From an uncultured Gemmatimonadales bacterium (GTDB lineage: Bacteria; Gemmatimonadota; Gemmatimonadetes; Longimicrobiales; Gaopeijiaceae), in the NCBI GenBank assembly GCA_963823035.1, contig CAWGKG010000007.1:32001-96000 (forward strand): a stretch of 64,000 bases of DNA, given 5' to 3'. Below are positions 55,930 through 64,000 of the stretch, piece by piece (the stretch's first letter is position 1; each line of letters opens with the position of its first letter). The translations under genes and the position numbers were made by a program. Under the pieces are notes generated by a model, which did no database searches, had not been told where the DNA came from, and saw nothing but the letters and a program-made list of their open reading frames with translations.

Positions 55930-57614
55930 CGCCGCCTCCAACGTCGGTCCGCGCGAGCCGCGGACACGGTGCGCGCAGGGAGCGCGCTCCCCGCACCGCG
56001 TCCGCCTGGGGGGCCCCTCCTCCCGGGAGCGTCCTGCCCAACGGTGTCGAAACGCTCCGCGGCGGGGGGCGACGCGGCCGTGGTGTCGGGGCCGATCCGC
56101 GTGGTGTCAGGGCCGATCCGCAGGGTGTCCGGGGGCGTCAGGGAGTCGCGTGTGGCGCCTCGGCTGGTCGGCTCCAGATGCCATCCCTCCGTCGGCCCGT
56201 CGACTTCCATGCTATCGACCTCCCCCTCGTTCATCACGATGACGATCATCGAGCCGGTCACGTAGTGCACCGCGGGCGGGTCGATCCCGGGGCGGGCGGT
56301 CGAATCCGATGGCAGCAGCCGGTACAGGCTCCGCGCGCCCACCCGCGCCGTCAGGCGCTCGAGCCGGTATTCCCCCCGGGTCGTGTCGGTGGGCTCTCCG
56401 GGAGCGGGGTCCGCGCGCACGAAGGTCGCGATCACCGTATCGCCCTCCAGCCAGTCCTTGCGCGCCACCTCGGGCAGGTCGGGGACGTTCAGGGAGTCGC
56501 GTGCGCTGGATTCGCCCCGCGCCGTCCCCGCCGCGAAGATGCGGTCGAGCACCTGGCCCGGGGTGCGCACCTCGACCGAGTCGGCCGTCAGAACGAAGTT
56601 CTCCGCCACGGCGACGGGTCGCGCCAGGTCGAGGCTGTCGACCGGGGGCGCGGGCACGCCTCCCGCCGGCGTCGGCGGCGCACTGTCCGAGGGCATCAGG
56701 CGGACGGCCACCAGCCGTTCCATGGCCCCTTCCGTGAGGAAGATCTGGATGGACGGAGCCCTCATCTCGAGGTCCTGGCCGAGGAGCGTGGCCTCGTGCA
56801 GGGCGCGTACCGAGCGCATGTGGCCACTCGGCACGGCCATTTCGATCCTGCGCCCGGAGAGGTCGTACGTGGACCCGTCCACGTGGGCGGAGCCCTGCAG
56901 GACCATGAGCGCGGCCACCTGGTCGTACTCGGCCGAATCGGAGTGCGCCACCAGCGAGTCCCGCTCGATCACGACGTCTCCTCCTGCGCTGAAGTAACGG
57001 TCGCCCTGGAGGAAGAGGCGGTCCGCCTCGACCTGATAGGGCACCGTGTCCGGCTCGGAGGGGCTGGCCTGTGCGCTGTCGACGGTGACGGTGTCCCGCC
57101 CGGGTCGCATGTGCAAGAGGGCTTTGGGACGCACCCGGTCCCGGCCGCGCGTCACGCTCATCTGCTCCTCGGAGCGGAAGGCCGTCTTGCGCAGGTAGAT
57201 CAGATCACCGTTCTCGATGGTCGAGCCCTGTTCGAAGTCACGCACGAAGACGTGCCCGGTGGCCTGGAGGCGCGCCACCCGGGAGAAGTAGCGGGCGTCG
57301 TCGGCACGCAGCTCGCGCGTACCGTCGCGATAGCGCACGTGGCCGATGAGGTGGCTCATGCTCTGCGCCGAGTACGCCACGGCCGAGTCCGCCTGGATGC
57401 GCACCCCGTCGTCGCAGGCGATGCGCGGGCGGCTCACGTTGCTCACGCGACCGGCACCGGGGACGGGGCTGCTCGACATGTTCGCGGTGCCCTCCACGAA
57501 GCGGCAGTTGGCCGCCTGCTGCGCGGTGGCCGGCCTCGGCGCGACGGCGGCGACCGCGACGAGGCACACGACGCCGAGGCGTCCGATCCGGGAGGAGAGA
57601 GCGTGCGAAGTCAA
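55926..57614 (-). CDS. Large OstA/LptA-like beta-jellyroll periplasmic protein
   Basis: Signal peptide, repeated LxADxxxY beta-strand units, position between lptC and lptB. Confidence 0.78.
   Translation of the reverse strand: MTSHALSSRIGRLGVVCLVAVAAVAPRPATAQQAANCRFVEGTANMSSSPVPGAGRVSNVSRPRIACDDGVRIQADSAVAYSAQSMSHLIGHVRYRDGTRELRADDARYFSRVARLQATGHVFVRDFEQGSTIENGDLIYLRKTAFRSEEQMSVTRGRDRVRPKALLHMRPGRDTVTVDSAQASPSEPDTVPYQVEADRLFLQGDRYFSAGGDVVIERDSLVAHSDSAEYDQVAALMVLQGSAHVDGSTYDLSGRRIEMAVPSGHMRSVRALHEATLLGQDLEMRAPSIQIFLTEGAMERLVAVRLMPSDSAPPTPAGGVPAPPVDSLDLARPVAVAENFVLTADSVEVRTPGQVLDRIFAAGTARGESSARDSLNVPDLPEVARKDWLEGDTVIATFVRADPAPGEPTDTTRGEYRLERLTARVGARSLYRLLPSDSTARPGIDPPAVHYVTGSMIVIVMNEGEVDSMEVDGPTEGWHLEPTSRGATRDSLTPPDTLRIGPDTTRIGPDTTAASPPAAERFDTVGQDAPGRRGPPGGRGAGSALPARTVSAARADRRWRRR
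56080..56121. repeat. 21-bp tandem repeat (RIGPDTT x2, plus partial third copy)
   Basis: GTGGTGTCGGGGCCGATCCGC / GTGGTGTCAGGGCCGATCCGC. Confidence 0.85.
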
Positions 57615-57622
57615 AAGCGCAC

Positions 57623-58187
57623 TCAGAAGACGATCTCGCCGATCGCCCCGCGTGGGTTGGCGACGTTGACGTTCTCGAACGAGAGGTCCGATTCGAAGGC
57701 GGTCCCGCGCGTCACGCGTCCGTCGGCCATCGTCATGACCGTGGCGGAGTCGCTCCAGATCCTGTCGCGGTCGGGATCGTACTGCAGCTCGGGGCTCTCG
57801 ATCTTGCGGCCGTCCGCGCGGATGATGAGCACCACGTTGCCGCGCGCGATCATGCGGTCGCTGACCTGGTCGAGCTCGCCGCGCTCGGCCACGACGTTGG
57901 CGCGCTCCTGGCCGTCCTCGGCGTAGAAGATCACGTGCATGCCCTGGAGCTGGATCGACGACGAGTCGTTGTAGACGTACGCCGTGTCCGCGTCGATGCG
58001 CCCCTGACGCACGCCCTGCGACGTCAGGTAGGAGACCATCCCGAAGATGACGTTGTCCGCCTGGATGTTCGCGAGGTCGCCGGCAGCACCCCCGGCCTCG
58101 GTCGGGCCCTCACAAGCGACCAGCCCGCCGGCCAGGAGACAGGCGACTACGAACGAAGCGCGTAAACCAAATGTAGATTCTCATCAT
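57623..58187 (-). CDS. lptC: LPS export protein LptC (frameshift near 5' end)
   Basis: ARGNVV, IWSDSAT..GTAFESD; follows kdsD; ATGA overlap with kdsD stop. Confidence 0.82.
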
Positions 58188-59162
58188 ACGGCACCTGACC
58201 TCATGAGATCATGGAGGTGAACGATGCCGCGTAGGACGCCGTCGTCGTCGCAGCACCGGTAGGGCCATGACGCCGTGATCCTCCATGCGCCGCACCGCCG
58301 CCGAGCCGAGCTCGTCCGGGTGGGCCACCTTGGGGTTGCGCGTCATCACCTCGGATACCCTGCGCTCCAGGAAGTCGGGATCGCGCTCCATGAGCCGGGT
58401 GAGATCCCCCGCGGTCACGACGCCCACGACCCGCTTCCCGCCATCCACGATCGGCACCGTGCCGCGCATCTCGGCGAGCGGTACGATGCAATCCCGCATG
58501 CGCGCCTCCTCCCCGAGCGACGGATACTCCTCGGCCACCATCACGTCTGCTACCCGTACCGAGAGCTTTCGTCCCAGGGAGCCGCCCGGGTGGAGGGCCG
58601 CGAAGTCCTCCTCGCGGAAGCCCTTGAGCTGGAGCACGACGACGGCCAGCGCGTCGCCGAGGGCGAGCGTCGCGGTGGTCGAGGACGTCGGCGCCAGATC
58701 CATCGGGCAGGCCTCCTCGTCCACCGTGCAGTCCAGCGTCACGGTCGCATGCCGGGAGAGCGTCGAGCGGTCGCGGCCCGTCATGGCCACGATCGGCACG
58801 CCGAGTCGTACCAGGTAGTCGATCAGGCCCCCCATCTCCGCCGTGTCGCCGGACTTCGAGATGAGGATCGCGACGTCGTCCTTCCCGACGATCCCCATGT
58901 CGCCGTGCAGGCTCTCCACCGGGTGGAGGAAGGTGGCCGGCGTCCCGGTCGACGTGAGCGTGGCCGCGATCTTCCGCGCGACGTGCCCGCTCTTCCCGAT
59001 CCCGGACACGACCACGCGCCCCTTCACCTCGTTCACGAGGTTGCACGCGCGCACGAACTCGTCGCCCAGGCGGGCTTCCAGCGCCGTGAGCGCCGCCGCC
59101 TCCAGGCGCAGCACGCGGCGCCCCTCCTCGAGGAGGGAGGCGTTCGTCGGGGCGGCGTTCAC
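58184..59162 (-). CDS. kdsD: Arabinose-5-phosphate isomerase (frameshift near 58250)
   Basis: GIGKSGH, HGDMG, APTSST, HPGGSLG, CBS pair ending HLHDLMRSGAV. Confidence 0.94.
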
Positions 59163-59730
59163 CGCTCGCTCCGCCTGGCAACGTAGTCCTCGAGCGCGGC
59201 GTCGAGCTGGCCCCGACCCGCGAGCAGGGCGTCGCAGAACTCGCGCGCGCCGCCGCGGCCGCCCGCCCGCGTGGCCTGCCAGTCCGCCATCTCCACCACC
59301 GGGGGCGTGGCGTTGGCCACCGCCGCCTTGAGGCCGATACGGCGCAGCACGGCCACGTCGGGAAGGTCGTCGGCCAGCATCGCCACCTCGTCCCAGTGAT
59401 GCCCATCCGATCCATGACCCCGCGGATCGACGGCAGCTTGTCCGCCAGGTCGTCCTGGTAGCACTCGATGGCCAGCTCCTCGGCACGCAGGCGCGTGGCC
59501 TCCGAGCGGCGCCCCGAGACGATGATGACCTTCAGCCCAGCCGACTCGAGGAGCTTCAGCCCGAGCCCGTCCTGGATGTCGAAGCGCTTCAGCTCCACCT
59601 GACCGCCGCCGGGCAGCACCCCGAGGTAGACGCCGCCGTCCGTGAGGACGCCGTCCACGTCGAAGACCACGAGCTTCACCCTGCGCGCGAGGTGCTCGGG
59701 CACAGGCCCGCCCGGCAAGGGGCCGCTCAC
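59159..59730 (-). CDS. kdsC: KDO 8-phosphate phosphatase (frameshift near 59400)
   Basis: FDVDGVLTDG, DGLG, DDLPD, GGRGGAREF. Confidence 0.92.
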
Positions 59731-60527
59731 GTCGTCCCACCGTCCCGACCGAGCGCGGCGCGCACGGCGAGCACGTCACGCAGGAGGGCGGGGAGTCGGT
59801 GCAGGGGCAGCATGTTGGTCGGGTCCGAGGGTGCCTCCGAAGGGTTGGGATGGGTCTCCAGGAACAGCCCGTCGCACCCGGCCGCCACGGCGGCACGCAC
59901 CAGGTCGGGAATGTGCTCCGGATCGCCGCCGCTCGCCCCGTCGGCCTTGCCGGGGCGTTGCACCGAGTGCGTGCCGTCGAAGATGGCCGGAACGCCCGTG
60001 GCGGCCCGCAGGCGCGCGAACGAGCGCATGTCGACCACCAGGTTGCCGTAGCCGAAGAACGTGCCCCGCTCCGTGACCGTGACGTTCGACGAGCCCGACG
60101 CCTGGATCTTGCCCACCGCGTGGGCCATCTCCTCAGGCGCCATCCACTGACCCTTCTTCACGTTGACGGTGCGGCCCGTCCGCCCCGCCGCCACGAGCAG
60201 GTCGGTCTGGCGGCAGAGGAACGCGGGGATCTGCAGCACGTCCACCACCTCCGCCGCCCGCGCCGCCTGCGCGGGCTCGTGCACGTCGGTGAGGAGGGGG
60301 AGGCCGGTCTCCGCCTTCACCCTGGCGAGGAGCTCGAGGCCCTTCTCGAGCCCGGGGCCGCGGGGCGCGTCCAGCTTCGAGCGGTTCGCCTTGTCGAACG
60401 ACGACTTGAAGACCACCGGGAGGTCGAGCTCGGCCGAGATGCGCGCGAGCTCGGTACCGACGCGCAGGTTCAGCGCGTCGTCCTCGAGGACGCAGGGCCC
60501 CGCGATGAGTGTGAAGCGCTCGAACAT
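59727..60527 (-). CDS. kdsA: KDO 8-phosphate synthase
   Basis: IAGPCVLE, FDKANRS, PAFLCRQTD, DGTHSVQ. Confidence 0.96.
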   Translation of the reverse strand: MFERFTLIAGPCVLEDDALNLRVGTELARISAELDLPVVFKSSFDKANRSKLDAPRGPGLEKGLELLARVKAETGLPLLTDVHEPAQAARAAEVVDVLQIPAFLCRQTDLLVAAGRTGRTVNVKKGQWMAPEEMAHAVGKIQASGSSNVTVTERGTFFGYGNLVVDMRSFARLRAATGVPAIFDGTHSVQRPGKADGASGGDPEHIPDLVRAAVAAGCDGLFLETHPNPSEAPSDPTNMLPLHRLPALLRDVLAVRAALGRDGGTT

Positions 60528-60538
60528 CGCGACACCGC

Positions 60539-62984
<2,446 letters not shown>

Positions 62985-63179
62985 GAGGCCCTCACGAGGC
63001 CGAAAACGCGCGAACTCCATGCAATTTTCACGCCACGAAAGGTATCTCCGCAGCGGGGGGAGGGTCAACCGACGGGCCGAAGAACCGTTGGGAACGCACG
63101 CTCTGCCACCCGACGTGACCGAGGATGGCCGCCGGTCCACGGGAGGCGCCCGAAGCCCTGAGAAATACTCCTGGTAGGT

Positions 63180-63245
63180 CTCTGCGTCCTCTGCGGCCTC
63201 TGTGGTGAAACCGCTCTTACCACAGAGGCCGCAGAGGACGCAGAG
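63180..63245. repeat. 27-bp perfect inverted repeat made of 9-bp units
   Basis: CTCTGCGTCCTCTGCGGCCTCTGTGGT (63180-63206) and its exact reverse complement (63219-63245). Confidence 0.9.
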
Positions 63246-63273
63246 GGCGTACCTGTGGGGTGGTGCCCGGCAC

Positions 63274-63852
63274 TCACATCGACAGGAAGTTCGCCAGCAG
63301 CCTCTTCCCGTGCTCGCTGAACAACGACTCGGGGTGGAACTGCACCCCCCACAGCGGAAGCGATCGATGACGCATCGCCTGGATCTCGCCGGCGTCGTCG
63401 GGCTCCGTGCTCCAGGCGATCGGCTCGAGCGCGTCGGGCAGGGCGTCGGCGTCCGTGACCAGCGAGTGGTAGCGCGCGGGCGAGAACGGTGACGGAACCC
63501 CCTCGAAGAGCGCGCTCCCGTCGTGGCGCACCTGCCCGGTCTTCCCGTGCATGAGCCGATGGGCGCGTACGGTCCGCCCCCCGAAGGCCTCTCCGAGCGC
63601 CTGGTGCCCGAGGCAGACGCCGAGCATGCGCACCCCCGCCCCGCCGAGCGTGCGGAAGGCCTCCACGCTCACCCCGGCCTGCGCCGGTGCGCACGGGCCC
63701 GGCGACACGACCACGCGCTCGGGCCGCATGGCCGCGAGCTCACCCACCGTGTGGGCGTCGTTGCGCACCACGACGGGGTCGGCGCCCAGGTCGCCGAGGA
63801 ACTGGACGAGATTGAAGGTGAAGGAGTCGTAGTTGTCGATGACGAGGATCAT
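63274..63852 (-). CDS. Anthranilate/aminodeoxychorismate synthase component II (TrpG/PabA)
   Basis: IDNYDSFTFN, SPGP, GVCLGHQ, RYHSL, QFHPES. Confidence 0.95.
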   Translation of the reverse strand: MILVIDNYDSFTFNLVQFLGDLGADPVVVRNDAHTVGELAAMRPERVVVSPGPCAPAQAGVSVEAFRTLGGAGVRMLGVCLGHQALGEAFGGRTVRAHRLMHGKTGQVRHDGSALFEGVPSPFSPARYHSLVTDADALPDALEPIAWSTEPDDAGEIQAMRHRSLPLWGVQFHPESLFSEHGKRLLANFLSM

Positions 63853-64000
63853 GGCGCACGGTCGAAGCGAGTCGGCGGGGATGCGCCGCCAATGTAGTCG
63901 ACGGGCTTCGCGCGGCCCACCGCGGGGTGAGTCACGTGGCGCCAGACGCTATCTTGGTTCGCGGACCGATCCCATGGAGGCCCTGGACTTTCGTGTACAC

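Overview
A 64-kb, very GC-rich bacterial chromosome segment. Gene content (kinase-TPR protein, bshC, kds/lpt, DUF512-der-plsY-gpsA) suggests a Gemmatimonadota-like diderm; this is inference. It is mostly housekeeping: nadB-rlmH-bshC-murJ-uvrC-gltX, der-plsY-gpsA-merR-surE-pcm, iorAB with an acyl-CoA synthetase, cobB/ggt, and one long minus-strand run pabA-kdsB-pyrG-kdsACD-lptCAB-rpoN-glycosylation genes-CYTH-rlpA. There are two tRNAs (Gly-CCC, Arg-CCT). About 19 genes, several essential, carry single-base frameshifts, most likely uncorrected long-read errors. Most notable: (1) a 1.8-kb collapsed integrative element at tRNA-Gly, bounded by an 18/19-bp direct repeat, with a decayed tyrosine integrase joined back-to-back to a type I-C cas7 fragment, followed directly by a leader and a one-spacer CRISPR mini-array, then a second att-like relic (tRNA-Val 3' half); (2) a XerC/D dif site at 43714-43741 where gene orientation flips, with an AT-recoded patch inside a gene 700 bp away; (3) strong enrichment of the Bacteroidota-type O-glycosylation sequon D-(S/T)-(A/I/L/M/T/V) in exported proteins, next to a GT-C/polyprenol-phosphate glycosylation cluster; (4) LptB with an unexplained ~150-aa N-terminal domain; (5) probable CTG start codons. 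All family calls are from motif recognition; no database searches were run.
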